From Hydrurus foetidus (taxonomy: Eukaryota): DNA of 64,000 nt. The notes beneath the pieces were generated by a model, which was not told the origin of the DNA, did not search any database, and was given only the letters and a program-made list of their open reading frames with translations. The DNA lies in contig UYFQ01000001.1 of NCBI GenBank assembly GCA_900617105.1, positions 3,844,001 through 3,908,000 of the forward strand. Direction: 5' to 3'. The stretch's first letter is position 1, and every line of letters begins with the position of its first letter. Below, piece by piece: positions 40,299 to 50,243 of this stretch. A program made the position numbers and the translations under genes.

Positions 40299-42239
40299 AT
40301 GACTATGTTTTCAAATACCAACAGCCTTAAAACGCTAGGACTTGCATTGGCTTCAGCTGCCTTGGTGTCTTGCGGAGGTGGCGGCGGCGGCGGCGGCGGC
40401 GGTGGTGGTGCGGCGTTTACAGGCGGTGCCAGTTCCCCGCCTCTACCGGACCTTCGAATTACGGAGGTGTCGGCAAAATCCAGCGCAACCGGCGCTGAGG
40501 GAGGCTGGTTTGAGGTGTACAACCCCACCGCTGCACCAATTCAGCTTGCCGATTATTCATTGACCAGTACCGCTTACGAACCAAGTGTCGGCTTAACGTC
40601 CGGAGCTTTCACGCTACCTGCCGCCACGATTGCGCCAGGTGGGTTTTTGGTGCTGGCGTCCAAAGTGGTCACTTTTCTATCTGACGGGCCAAAGCTTAAA
40701 TACATCGGTTCACCCTCTTTGTTTCCTAGCTGGAACGATTCAGGTTTCCTGGAGCTGAGAAAAACATTTACGTCCCAGGAAGTTGATTCTGTTCGCTTTG
40801 GCAACAGTTCCGTATCGCCAGGCTTTTTTACCGACTGGACAGGTGTTTCCGCAGCTACTTTGCCCAGCGGTACTGCAGCTTATGGCAAGTCGCTGGTTCG
40901 TTTGGCGTCTGGCGGCTACGCCGACACCAATACAGCGGCTGATTGGGTATTGGTCAATTTCAGCACGCCGGGCGGGAAAAACGATGTAGCGCCTGGTGTG
41001 ATCGACAACGACGGCGATGGTATTCCGAGCTCGGCCAAAATCGCTGGCGGTACCTATGCCGGGCTGGACCTGTACGCCATGGGCGCTCGGGCAGGGAAAA
41101 AAGACCTGTTTATGGAAATAAACGTCATGGACCAAGCGGGTGGGGCAACTCCGCCAGATTTGGGCTTTGTGGTGCGCAAGGAGGCGCTGCAAAAAGTCGT
41201 TGACGCGTTTTCCCTCAAAGGATTCAAACTGCATATTGATGCTGGTTCGCGCTTTAGCGCTGCCTTCGACCCTGCAAATTTCAATCTGGGCGGCGGCAAC
41301 GCGCCCGGCACAATTCCGTTCAAGCTTTGTACCGATTTGCCGACGTTGGACGACACCCTTCTTGCGGGCTGCAGCAACTTTTTCGAGCATAAAAACACTA
41401 ATTTCGACGTGCGCCGCCGCGCGATCTTCAACTACACCCTGTTTGCAAATTCGCAAGAACCAAACGGCTCGGCTGGCTCATCTGGCGTGGCCGAAGTTTT
41501 CGGCAACGATGCCATGATCTCGATGGGCGGCTTCGGTTTCAGAACGGATGCATCGCCTCGCGGCCTGACTGCCAGCCAAAACCTTCAGCGCTACATCAAT
41601 ATGCAAGCCAGTACGCTGATGCACGAGTTCGGTCATAACCTGGGCCTGCGCCACGGCGGTTTTGAGGACGTTAACGACAAACCCAATTACATCAGCGTCA
41701 TGAACTATATGTACCAGCTGGTGGGCATACCTGGTGTGAAAAACGACAGCACCGTGGGGGATCGTTATTTGCGCTACGTTTCTCAGCAGAATAACGCGCC
41801 GACCAGCGCCTGTTTGTTGACAAATTCCCCATGCACCAATGCTTTCATCATTGATTATTCTGACGGGAGTAGTGCCGATCTAAACGAAAAAGCTCTGGTT
41901 GGCAGCAACCTCATGGGCCGGAGCACTCCAGTTGCGGGCTCCTTCATTAACTGGAGTGGTACGGCCACGTTCGCATCTCCCGCGTATGTGTTTGACGTCA
42001 ATCGCGATATGGTGACTACCGGTATTTTTAAAGACCACAACGATTGGGCAAACATCAAATTGCCGTTTGTTCGCAGTTTTTCTGGCTTTAATACCGGCGC
42101 AGCGTCGGACACCAGCGCGCAAACTCGCACGACCGCCAGCGATTTGACCCGGCGCGACGCCATGAATGACGCGGCCGATAAACAGTGGGTGCGTGAAGAC
42201 CGTCCGACTGCTCAATTCTTACGTATGCTGCGGGACTAA
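40299..42239 (+). CDS. Lipoprotein with lamin-tail-like domain and zinc metallopeptidase motif
   Basis: Lipobox LVSC plus Gly12; ITEV...WFEVYNP...TPG (LTD-like); DNDGDG; HEFGHNLGLRH and SVMNY. Confidence 0.75.
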   Translation: MTMFSNTNSLKTLGLALASAALVSCGGGGGGGGGGGGAAFTGGASSPPLPDLRITEVSAKSSATGAEGGWFEVYNPTAAPIQLADYSLTSTAYEPSVGLTSGAFTLPAATIAPGGFLVLASKVVTFLSDGPKLKYIGSPSLFPSWNDSGFLELRKTFTSQEVDSVRFGNSSVSPGFFTDWTGVSAATLPSGTAAYGKSLVRLASGGYADTNTAADWVLVNFSTPGGKNDVAPGVIDNDGDGIPSSAKIAGGTYAGLDLYAMGARAGKKDLFMEINVMDQAGGATPPDLGFVVRKEALQKVVDAFSLKGFKLHIDAGSRFSAAFDPANFNLGGGNAPGTIPFKLCTDLPTLDDTLLAGCSNFFEHKNTNFDVRRRAIFNYTLFANSQEPNGSAGSSGVAEVFGNDAMISMGGFGFRTDASPRGLTASQNLQRYINMQASTLMHEFGHNLGLRHGGFEDVNDKPNYISVMNYMYQLVGIPGVKNDSTVGDRYLRYVSQQNNAPTSACLLTNSPCTNAFIIDYSDGSSADLNEKALVGSNLMGRSTPVAGSFINWSGTATFASPAYVFDVNRDMVTTGIFKDHNDWANIKLPFVRSFSGFNTGAASDTSAQTRTTASDLTRRDAMNDAADKQWVREDRPTAQFLRMLRD

Positions 42240-42291
42240 GTCTGCTCGATTGCGGCCAGATAGCCAATTCAACCTAACCCTACCCGCTGCC

Positions 42292-42996
42292 ATGTTGTCT
42301 TTTACCGCTTCCGCACGATCTTTTTGCGCATTGGTTGTGGGGAGCGTGTGGCTTGTTGCGGCTTCAGTTGCAAGCGGCCAGCAAGTGCCCGAGGCTGAAA
42401 ATGGCCTGACTGTGCGCGGCACAGCGCCTTTCGTTGATGAAGGGCCGGTCGTCTGGTCGCTTGCGTCAGTTCACGTGACCGGCCAAACACTGACCCTGAC
42501 GATGCTGGATGCCAGCGATGCAGAAGTAGGCGACTTGACTGTCAGCCCGTGGCCCTTCAAAAAAGCGCTACATGGTGGTATGGCAGTCGGTCTGACCAAG
42601 CGGCGTATTCAAGCGGGGTCAATTAGTGTCACAGGTAGTCGCACGCTGCAACCGTTTGGCGCAGTGCTTAGGCTGGTTGTGCAACAACGTTCGGACCGGT
42701 TACCCGCGATGGTTATTCAGACTCGAGCGAGATCGGGACAAGTAGTGGTGCCGGGTTGGCGGGCTGTGTATGCAGATAGCCGGTGGTTAATTCAACCCGA
42801 GACAATGCAACCGGAGTCTGCAAAAAGAGTTTCCTCCGCGCCGCCACAGCTCGATGCTTCAGCGCCACAGCGCCTGCGCAGCCAGGGACGTGACTGGTGC
42901 GTTACAAGCTTTGCCCACGCTGAGCGTCGAGAATCACCGCCATTGCTCGACTGGATCGCGGTGGCTGCGCCCGCCAAAGGCCATTGCCCGAAGTAA
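42292..42996 (+). CDS. Hypothetical exported protein
   Basis: Signal-peptide-like N-terminus; co-oriented about 50 bp after the lipoprotein gene. Confidence 0.55.
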   Translation: MLSFTASARSFCALVVGSVWLVAASVASGQQVPEAENGLTVRGTAPFVDEGPVVWSLASVHVTGQTLTLTMLDASDAEVGDLTVSPWPFKKALHGGMAVGLTKRRIQAGSISVTGSRTLQPFGAVLRLVVQQRSDRLPAMVIQTRARSGQVVVPGWRAVYADSRWLIQPETMQPESAKRVSSAPPQLDASAPQRLRSQGRDWCVTSFAHAERRESPPLLDWIAVAAPAKGHCPK

Positions 42997-43036
42997 GGTT
43001 TTCACGCGCCGCGCCGAGCGACGAGGCTTTCAATTT

Positions 43037-43085
43037 TGCTTCTTTTTTTATAGCTGCTCGCGCCAGTATTTATTGGGCTACGGGC
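43037..43085 (+). repeat. Family A repeat before the degQ-like gene 3' end
   Basis: TGCTTCTTTTTTTATAGCTGCTCGCGCCAGTATTTATTGGGCTACGGGC. Confidence 0.9.
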
Positions 43086-43147
43086 TAATAAGCATATGTT
43101 TTTCAGGTCAAAACAGGCTGCTTTGGGCTGCTTTGCACTGTTTTGCA

Positions 43148-44299
43148 CTACTGCTGCGGCGCTTTAGGCGGCTGGCGTTTTGCTGGCGTGACTGACACGT
43201 CGCTCGTTTTTCCGCCGCGCTGAACGCTAAGTGGCGCAGCCACGCCGGGCTTAAGGCCTGCCACCGCGCCCAACAGCTCGGTGACACTGCCCACCGGTTT
43301 GCCATTAACGGCGGTGATCACATCACCGGGCTTAATGCCGGCTTGCCCGGCGGGGCCGTTTTGCAGCACGCCAGTAATGATCACGCCTTCTTTGGTTTTA
43401 ACGTTGAAGGTCTCCATCAGTTCAGCGTTAAGTTCTTGTGGCTCCACGCCTATCCAGCCGCGGGTCACCTGGCCGTCTTTCACGATGCTTTCCAGCACCT
43501 GTTTGGCAGTAGACACGGGGATAGCAAAGCCAATGCCCATCGAGCCGCCAGAGCGCGAATAAATCGCGGTGTTGATGCCCATCAGCGCGCCGGTGCTGTC
43601 GACCAGCGCACCACCCGAATTACCGGGGTTAATGGCTGCGTCGGTTTGAATAAAGTTTTCAAACGTGTTGATGCCCAGCTTGCTGCGCCCTAGCGCACTC
43701 ACGATGCCGCCCGTCACGGTTTGGCCTACGCCAAACGGGTTGCCAATGGCCAGCACCGGGTCGCCGACCTGCAGCGCATCAGAGTTGCCGAGCGCAATCA
43801 CCGGCAGCTTATCGAGTTCGATTTTCAAAATCGCCAAGTCAGTGTCAGGGTCTGTGCCGATGACTTTGGCTTTGGCTTTGCGGCCGTCTGCCAGCACCAC
43901 TTCGATTTCGTCCGCACCTTCAACCACGTGGCTGTTGGTCAAAATATAGCCGCTGGCGCTGATGATGACGCCACTGCCCAGGCCGCCCTGCGGCTCGCCT
44001 TGCCCTTGGTCACCGTAAAAGAACTTGAACCAAGGGTCGCCCGCATGCGGGTTTTTGGCGGCGGCCTTGCTGGTGTTGATGCTCACAACCGCTGCCGACG
44101 CAATTTTTGCAGCTGAACTGAAGCTGCCCATAGGTCCGGTACCGCGCTGCACGGCAGGCGCTTCAATCACCGACACCAAACCACCCGCACCTGAAAACGG
44201 CCGTCGTTCTACCCACTGCGGCTTGAGTGTGGCCACCACAAAAAACGCCGCCAGCAAAATCGTGACGGTTTGAGAAAACAGAAGCCAGAATTTGCGCAT
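43148..44299 (-). CDS. HtrA/DegQ/DegS-family serine protease with one PDZ domain
   Basis: LGSGV, TNSHV, TDLA and TDAAINPGNSGG motifs. Confidence 0.95.
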   Translation of the reverse strand: MRKFWLLFSQTVTILLAAFFVVATLKPQWVERRPFSGAGGLVSVIEAPAVQRGTGPMGSFSSAAKIASAAVVSINTSKAAAKNPHAGDPWFKFFYGDQGQGEPQGGLGSGVIISASGYILTNSHVVEGADEIEVVLADGRKAKAKVIGTDPDTDLAILKIELDKLPVIALGNSDALQVGDPVLAIGNPFGVGQTVTGGIVSALGRSKLGINTFENFIQTDAAINPGNSGGALVDSTGALMGINTAIYSRSGGSMGIGFAIPVSTAKQVLESIVKDGQVTRGWIGVEPQELNAELMETFNVKTKEGVIITGVLQNGPAGQAGIKPGDVITAVNGKPVGSVTELLGAVAGLKPGVAAPLSVQRGGKTSDVSVTPAKRQPPKAPQQ

Positions 44300-44443
44300 G
44301 GTGTGCCGGGTGTGAGTTTGACTAAGCTGGATATGGGGCTAAGCGCCACAAAACCAATACTTGGCATTTTGTCCTATGACGCGCCAGCATCCAAAAAGCG
44401 ATAATTCAAAGCCACAAATTTGCCACACCTTCAGGAGACTCGA

Positions 44444-45367
44444 ATGAAAGCCCAAAGCGTCCTCGCCACCATTGGCAACACCCCGCACATTCGCTTTAAC
44501 CGCCTGTTTGGCGCGGCCAGTCAAACGCACCATATCTACATCAAGTCTGAGCGCAGCAACCCTGGCGGCTCCATCAAAGACCGCATTGCACTGGCCATGG
44601 TCGAGGCGGCTGAAGCATCGGGCGTGCTCAAGCCCGGCGCCACGATTATTGAACCTACCTCGGGCAACACGGGCGTTGGCCTGGCCGTGGTGGCGGCAGT
44701 CAAGGGCTACAAACTGGTGCTGGTGATGCCCGAGTCCATGAGCATCGAGCGCCGCCGCTTGATGCTGGCTTACGGGGCCAGTTTTGACCTGACCCCGCGC
44801 GAAAAAGGCATGACTGGCGCGATTGCCAGAGCCAAAGAATTGGTGGCGCAAACGCCGGGCGCGTGGATGCCGTCGCAGTTTGACAACCCGGCCAACATCG
44901 ACATTCATGCGCGCACCACGGCGCTGGAGATATTGGCCGACTTCCCGAATGGTGTGGACTACTACATCACCGGCGTGGGCACGGGCGGGCATTTGACCGG
45001 TGTGGCGCAGGTGCTCAAGGCCAAGTTTCCGAATACCAAAGTATTTGCGGTGGAGCCTTCCGCGTCGCCGGTTATCAGCGGCGGCAAGCCGTCGCCGCAC
45101 CCGATTCAAGGCATTGGCGCGGGGTTTATTCCGGCAAATCTGGATGTCGCGTTGCTTGATGGCGTGATTCAGGTCGACGGCGATGCCGCCAAAGACTTTG
45201 CCCGCCGCAGCGCGACTGAGGAAGGCTTGCTGGTCGGCATTTCGTCAGGCGCCACGCTGGCGGCGATTGCGCAAAAACTGCCGGAGATTCCAGCGGGCAG
45301 CACGGTGCTGGGGTTTAACTACGACACCGGCGAGCGGTATTTGTCAGTTGAAGGCTTCTTACCTTGA
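44444..45367 (+). CDS. cysK: Cysteine synthase A
   Basis: [23 protein letters not shown] and PHPIQGIG motifs. Confidence 0.95.
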   Translation: MKAQSVLATIGNTPHIRFNRLFGAASQTHHIYIKSERSNPGGSIKDRIALAMVEAAEASGVLKPGATIIEPTSGNTGVGLAVVAAVKGYKLVLVMPESMSIERRRLMLAYGASFDLTPREKGMTGAIARAKELVAQTPGAWMPSQFDNPANIDIHARTTALEILADFPNGVDYYITGVGTGGHLTGVAQVLKAKFPNTKVFAVEPSASPVISGGKPSPHPIQGIGAGFIPANLDVALLDGVIQVDGDAAKDFARRSATEEGLLVGISSGATLAAIAQKLPEIPAGSTVLGFNYDTGERYLSVEGFLP

Positions 45368-46119
45368 ACCGAGCTGAGTTATTGGCAGCTTTTGATACGC
45401 TGCTGCAACCCGAGCGCTTCAAAGACTACGGCCCGAACGGCTTGCAGGTTGAAGGCAAGGCCGAGGTACGCAAAATCGTCTCGGGCGTCACCGCCAGCCT
45501 GGCGCTGATTGATGCGGCGGTGGCCGCCAATGCCGACGCGATTTTTGTGCACCACGGCCTGTTCTGGCGCGGCCAGTCGGGCACAGTCACAGGCTGGATG
45601 AAGCAGCGCCTGGCGCTTCTGCTCAAGCACGACATTAACCTGTACGCTTACCACCTGCCGCTAGACGCCCACCCCGAGCTGGGCAACAACGCGCAGCTGG
45701 GTTTGCAGCTGGGTTTAACGGCTACGTCGCGCTTTGGTGAGCAGAACTTGGGTTTTATGGGCGGCAAAATGGATGGCAGTAGCTTCGAAAGTGCTTTTGA
45801 GCTATCAGAACACGTCAAATCGGTACTAAATAGGCCTGTAGCCCATATTTTACAGGCGCGATCAGCTATAAAAAATATAGCGTGGTGCACCGGTGGTGCG
45901 CAGAGCTATTTTGAAGCCGCCATTGCCGCTGGCGCTGATGCGTTCATTACCGGCGAAATCTCAGAACCCCAAGCCCATTACGCGCGGGAAATGAATGTGA
46001 CCTTCATCGCTTGCGGCCACCATGCGTCCGAGCGCTACGGCGCGCCGGCCGTGGCCGCGCATGTGGCCGGCCAATTTGGCTTGGCGCATGAATTTATTGA
46101 TATTGACAACCCGGCATGA
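45364..46119 (+). CDS. Nif3/YbgI dinuclear metal protein
   Basis: NGLQVEG, HHGLFW, YHLPLD, WCTGG and GHHASE motifs. Confidence 0.93.
   Translation: MNRAELLAAFDTLLQPERFKDYGPNGLQVEGKAEVRKIVSGVTASLALIDAAVAANADAIFVHHGLFWRGQSGTVTGWMKQRLALLLKHDINLYAYHLPLDAHPELGNNAQLGLQLGLTATSRFGEQNLGFMGGKMDGSSFESAFELSEHVKSVLNRPVAHILQARSAIKNIAWCTGGAQSYFEAAIAAGADAFITGEISEPQAHYAREMNVTFIACGHHASERYGAPAVAAHVAGQFGLAHEFIDIDNPA
45832..45881 (-). repeat. Family A repeat, in-frame inside the Nif3 gene
   Basis: AGGCCTGTAGCCCATATTTTACAGGCGCGATCAGCTATAAAAAATATAGC, encoding [17 protein letters not shown]. Confidence 0.85.
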
Positions 46120-47168
46120 GCCAGCTCAATTCCAATCCCATCCTCATCACCATGGGCGATGCGGCCGGCATTGGCCCCGAGATCATCGCCAAAGCGTTTC
46201 GCGACCATCCCCTTGATGTAGCTAGGTGCCTGGTAGTAGGCGATGTGCCCACCATGCGCCGCGCCGCTGCGTTTGTGGCGATGCCGCTGGCGCTGCCGGT
46301 GGCCGAGTTCGATTCGATTGGCGATTTTGCAGGCTGTGACTTGCCGCCACGCTGCATTCCGGTACTACAAAAATGTGAGCTGCTTGCGCCCGTATCTATT
46401 GGGCTGGTAAGCGGTTTGGCAGGCCAGGCGGCGGCGGATTGCATTGTGTGGGCCGCCCAGGCGGTACTAAACGGCCAAGCTGGCGCGATGGTCACCGCGC
46501 CCATTCACAAAGAAGCGTTGGCAGCTGCAGGCGGCTGGGCAGCGCAGTTCCCTGGCCATACCGAAATGCTGCAATTTGAGGCCGCCAAGTTCATGGGCAA
46601 GTCCGTGCAAGACCTGCCGGTGCGCATGATGCTGGCCAATGACGAGCTGAAAACCGTGCTGGTCAGCATTCATATGTCGCTGCGGCAGGCGATTGAGGCC
46701 GTGACGTTTGACAACATTTTGCAAACTCTGCGCATCACCCACGCGGCTTTAGGCAAGACGCTAGGCCGGCCACCACACATTGCCGTGGCAGGCTTGAACC
46801 CTCATGCGGGCGAGGGCGGATTGTTTGGGTTTGAGGAGCAAACCATCATTGCGCCAGCCATGGCAGCAGCCCGGGCAGAAGGTCTCAATGTAAGTGGTCC
46901 CTTCGCGCCAGACACCGTGTTTATGCGGGCCAGAGCCAAAAACGGGCAAGCAGGCGAGTTCGATGTGGTGGTGGCGATGTACCACGACCAGGGCTTGATT
47001 CCGGTCAAGTATTTAGGGGTAGAGCAGGGCGTGAACGTCACGCTGGGCTTGCCACTGGTGCGCACCAGCCCAGACCACGGCACGGCGTTTGACATCGCAG
47101 GCACTGGCAAAGCCGATGCGGCCAGCCTGGTGGCGGCGATTCGAATGGCGCGGCGGCTGGCTGGCTAA
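46116..47168 (+). CDS. pdxA: 4-hydroxythreonine-4-phosphate dehydrogenase
   Basis: GDAAGIGPE, GHTE, NPHAGEGG, YHDQG and RTSPDHGTAFDIAG motifs. Confidence 0.96.
   Translation: MSQLNSNPILITMGDAAGIGPEIIAKAFRDHPLDVARCLVVGDVPTMRRAAAFVAMPLALPVAEFDSIGDFAGCDLPPRCIPVLQKCELLAPVSIGLVSGLAGQAAADCIVWAAQAVLNGQAGAMVTAPIHKEALAAAGGWAAQFPGHTEMLQFEAAKFMGKSVQDLPVRMMLANDELKTVLVSIHMSLRQAIEAVTFDNILQTLRITHAALGKTLGRPPHIAVAGLNPHAGEGGLFGFEEQTIIAPAMAAARAEGLNVSGPFAPDTVFMRARAKNGQAGEFDVVVAMYHDQGLIPVKYLGVEQGVNVTLGLPLVRTSPDHGTAFDIAGTGKADAASLVAAIRMARRLAG
46363..46405 (+). repeat. Family A repeat, in-frame inside pdxA
   Basis: TACTACAAAAATGTGAGCTGCTTGCGCCCGTATCTATTGGGCT, encoding (V)LQKCELLAPVSIGL. Confidence 0.8.
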
Positions 47169-47228
47169 AACAAGCCTGAAAAGTCGGCTTTTCCGGCTGA
47201 ATACGGCGGTTTCCTCGCGTGCTGCGGT

Positions 47229-47331
47229 GCCCCCCTCAAGCAGGGGCCGCGGATCTGGCTCTGCCAGTCCGCAGGCGCAGCGGCCCCCTCGGGGGGCAGA
47301 GAGCTACACGCAGTGAGTGAACGTGGGGGCC
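47229..47331 (-). repeat. Family B GC-rich structured repeat, directly after the mscL stop
   Basis: Aligns over ~100 bp with the reverse complement of 51734-51834. Confidence 0.85.
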
Positions 47332-47768
47332 TATTTTTTGAGGCTGTCGCGAATCTCGCGCAGCAGCACGACGTCTTCAGGTGTGGCGGCTGGCGCTGCC
47401 GGGGGTTCAGCATTCTTCATGCGATTGAATGCTTTGACCGTTTGAAAAATGATGAAGGCCAAAATCAGGAAATTCAGCGCAATGGTAATGAAGTTGCCGT
47501 ACGCAAACACCGTTGCGCCAGCTTCGGTCAAGGTCTTGTAGGTCATCGCGACAGGCGAGCCGTCTTTACCGTTGGGCACTGCGCCCAGCAAAATAAACTT
47601 GTTCGAAAAGTCCAAACCACCAAAAATCCAGCCCACAACGGGCATCACCAGGTCTTTGACCATCGAATCGACAATTTTGCCGAAAGCTGCACCAATAATG
47701 ACACCTACAGCAAGGTCAACTACGTTGCCCTTGACCGCGAAATCGCGAAATTCTTGCATCATTCCCAT
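47331..47768 (-). CDS. mscL: Large-conductance mechanosensitive channel
   Basis: [17 protein letters not shown] and LLREIRD motifs. Confidence 0.97.
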   Translation of the reverse strand: MGMMQEFRDFAVKGNVVDLAVGVIIGAAFGKIVDSMVKDLVMPVVGWIFGGLDFSNKFILLGAVPNGKDGSPVAMTYKTLTEAGATVFAYGNFITIALNFLILAFIIFQTVKAFNRMKNAEPPAAPAATPEDVVLLREIRDSLKK

Positions 47769-48019
47769 AGTTTTCTCCAGTAAATAGTTATGTGCCGATA
47801 ATGACTACTTTGGCATTATCTGACGGCATGATTATGCTTTTATTTACAAACTGCAAAAGCGGGGGTTGTTAAAGTTTGCGCCACATGAAAGGCACACACA
47901 AAACCCGAGTAAAGGCCAAGCCCACAAGCCCCGCACGTTGAAATGCCGGGTGTCGCTCCGCTACAATTCATAAAAATTACTTTTACAGTCAGTTTCAAGC
48001 ACGATCTTGAAGGAAAACA

Positions 48020-48646
48020 ATGGCCGAAATTAGCGCAAGCGCGGGCACAAGCCCGGCGCCTTTAGACAAAGACAAAAGAAATTGGATGGTCGCTACGGCG
48101 GTCGTGGGTGGTGCAGGCGTAGCCGCAGTAGCAGTGCCTTTCGTCAGCACTTTCACGCCGTCAGAGCGAGCCAAGGCCGCTGGCGCCTCGGTTGAGGTGG
48201 ACATTTCCGCCCTCAAACCCGGTGAAAAACTCACCATTGAGTGGCGCGGCAAACCGGTTTGGATTCTCAAGCGCTCGCCTGAACAAGTCGCGGCGCTGCC
48301 TAAACACGATGGATTGTTGGCTGACCCCAAGTCGCTGCGCAAACCAGGCGAGCTCACTCCGGTTTACGCGCGTAACGAAGGCCGCTCAATCAAGCCAGAC
48401 ACCCTGGTGGTGGTGGGTATTTGTTCGCACCTGGGTTGCTCTCCGTCTGACAAACTCACCGCTGGCCCGCAACCCTCGCTGCCGGACAACTGGGCGGGCG
48501 GCTTTTTGTGTGCCTGCCACGGCTCAACGTTTGATGTTGCTGGCCGCGTTTACAAAAACAAGCCTGCGCCAGACAACCTTGAAGTTCCCCCGCACATGTA
48601 CCTTTCAGACACCCGGCTGCTGATTGGTGAAGATAAAAAGGCCTGA
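48020..48646 (+). CDS. petA: Ubiquinol-cytochrome c reductase Rieske subunit
   Basis: WRGKP, CSHLGC and CACHGS motifs. Confidence 0.96.
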   Translation: MAEISASAGTSPAPLDKDKRNWMVATAVVGGAGVAAVAVPFVSTFTPSERAKAAGASVEVDISALKPGEKLTIEWRGKPVWILKRSPEQVAALPKHDGLLADPKSLRKPGELTPVYARNEGRSIKPDTLVVVGICSHLGCSPSDKLTAGPQPSLPDNWAGGFLCACHGSTFDVAGRVYKNKPAPDNLEVPPHMYLSDTRLLIGEDKKA

Positions 48647-48791
48647 AAACGATTCGATATCAACGTTTTCAAAAGACCAAGCCGCCCGTGCTTGAAGTCC
48701 TTGCTGATTTTTGTGAGCTTCCCAGCTTCCAGCAAAAACATCAGACCTGATTCACGCAAAAGCTAAAAACACTTTCGATACAGGACATCTC

Positions 48792-50228
48792 ATGGCAGCC
48801 CAATTCAAAGAAATTTCCCCCGACGCCCCTATCGGCGCCAAAGCGCTGAACTGGCTAGACAATCGCTTCCCCGCCAGCAAGCTGTACAACGAGCATTTGG
48901 GCGAGTATTACGCGCCGAAAAACTTCAATATTTGGTACGTGTTTGGCGCTTTAGCCATGTTGGTGCTGGTGATCCAGATTGTGACCGGCATCTTTTTAAC
49001 CATGCACTACAAACCCGATGCAGCGCAAGCGTTTGCCTCGGTTGAGTACATCATGCGCGACGTGCCATGGGGCTGGTTGATTCGCTACATGCACTCTACT
49101 GGCGCATCGGCGTTTTTTGTTGTCGTGTACCTGCACATGTTCCGAGGCTTGATTTACGGCAGCTACCGCAAGCCGCGTGAATTGATTTGGGTGTTTGGCT
49201 GCGCGATTTTCTTGTGCCTGATGGCCGAAGCCTTCATGGGTTACCTGCTGCCATGGGGCCAAATGAGCTACTGGGGCGCGCAGGTAATCGTCAATTTGTT
49301 TGCTGCTATTCCTTTCATCGGCCCCGATTTGGCGCTGCTGATTCGCGGTGACTACGTGGTGGGCGACGCAACGCTGAACCGCTTTTTCGCTTTCCACGTG
49401 ATTGCAGTGCCGCTGGTGCTGCTCGGCTTGGTGGCGGCGCACATCATCGCTTTGCATGAAGTGGGTTCTAACAACCCTGACGGCGTTGAAATCAAGGCTG
49501 CAGGCGCTCCAAAAGACGCCAAAGGTCATCCGCTCGACGGCATTCCTTTCCACCCCTACTACACCGTGCACGATATTTTTGCGGTCAGCGTGTTTTTGCT
49601 GGTGTTCACCGGCATCGTGTTTTTGGCGCCTGAGCTGGGCGGCTACTTTCTCGAATACAACAACTTCATTCCGGCTGACCCGTTAAAAACGCCAGCGCAC
49701 ATTGCACCGGTTTGGTACTTCACGCCTTACTACTCGATGCTTCGCGCCATCACCAGCGAAATGATGTACGTCATGATGGCTTGCACGTTGGCAGGCGCCG
49801 GCTTGATCATTTCTCGAGTCAAAATGGCCAGCGTTTTCAAAATGGTGATTGCCGGTGCTGCAATTGCCGCTACCGCCGCCATGTGGTTCATTGATGCCAA
49901 GTTTTGGGGCGTTGTAGTAATGGGCGGCGCGGTCATGATTTTGTTTGCCTTGCCTTGGCTCGACAACAGTGAAGTCAAGTCCATTCGCTATCGCCCGTCA
50001 TGGAACAAGTACCTCTACGGTGCATTCATCTTCATGTTCTTTGTGCTCGGTTACCTGGGCATTCAGGCCCCGGGCGTATGGGGCAAAGTGGCTGGCCAAG
50101 ACATCGCCGAACGCGTGTCGCAATTGTTCACATTGGGCTACTTCGGGTTTTTCCTGCTGATGCCGTGGTGGAGCCGCCTGGGTGAGTTCAAGCAAGTACC
50201 CGACCGTATTATTTTTGCTGGTCACTGA
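48792..50228 (+). CDS. petB: Cytochrome b
   Basis: RYMHSTGAS, PWGQMSYW and PVWY motifs. Confidence 0.97.
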   Translation: MAAQFKEISPDAPIGAKALNWLDNRFPASKLYNEHLGEYYAPKNFNIWYVFGALAMLVLVIQIVTGIFLTMHYKPDAAQAFASVEYIMRDVPWGWLIRYMHSTGASAFFVVVYLHMFRGLIYGSYRKPRELIWVFGCAIFLCLMAEAFMGYLLPWGQMSYWGAQVIVNLFAAIPFIGPDLALLIRGDYVVGDATLNRFFAFHVIAVPLVLLGLVAAHIIALHEVGSNNPDGVEIKAAGAPKDAKGHPLDGIPFHPYYTVHDIFAVSVFLLVFTGIVFLAPELGGYFLEYNNFIPADPLKTPAHIAPVWYFTPYYSMLRAITSEMMYVMMACTLAGAGLIISRVKMASVFKMVIAGAAIAATAAMWFIDAKFWGVVVMGGAVMILFALPWLDNSEVKSIRYRPSWNKYLYGAFIFMFFVLGYLGIQAPGVWGKVAGQDIAERVSQLFTLGYFGFFLLMPWWSRLGEFKQVPDRIIFAGH

Positions 50229-50243
50229 GTCAAAACATCCGTT

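Noticed and set aside
40374..40409. Phase-variable simple repeat
   Set aside because: A trinucleotide unit changes linker length only and would not shift the frame.
47313..47783. 156-aa plus-strand ORF
   Set aside because: It is antisense to mscL.
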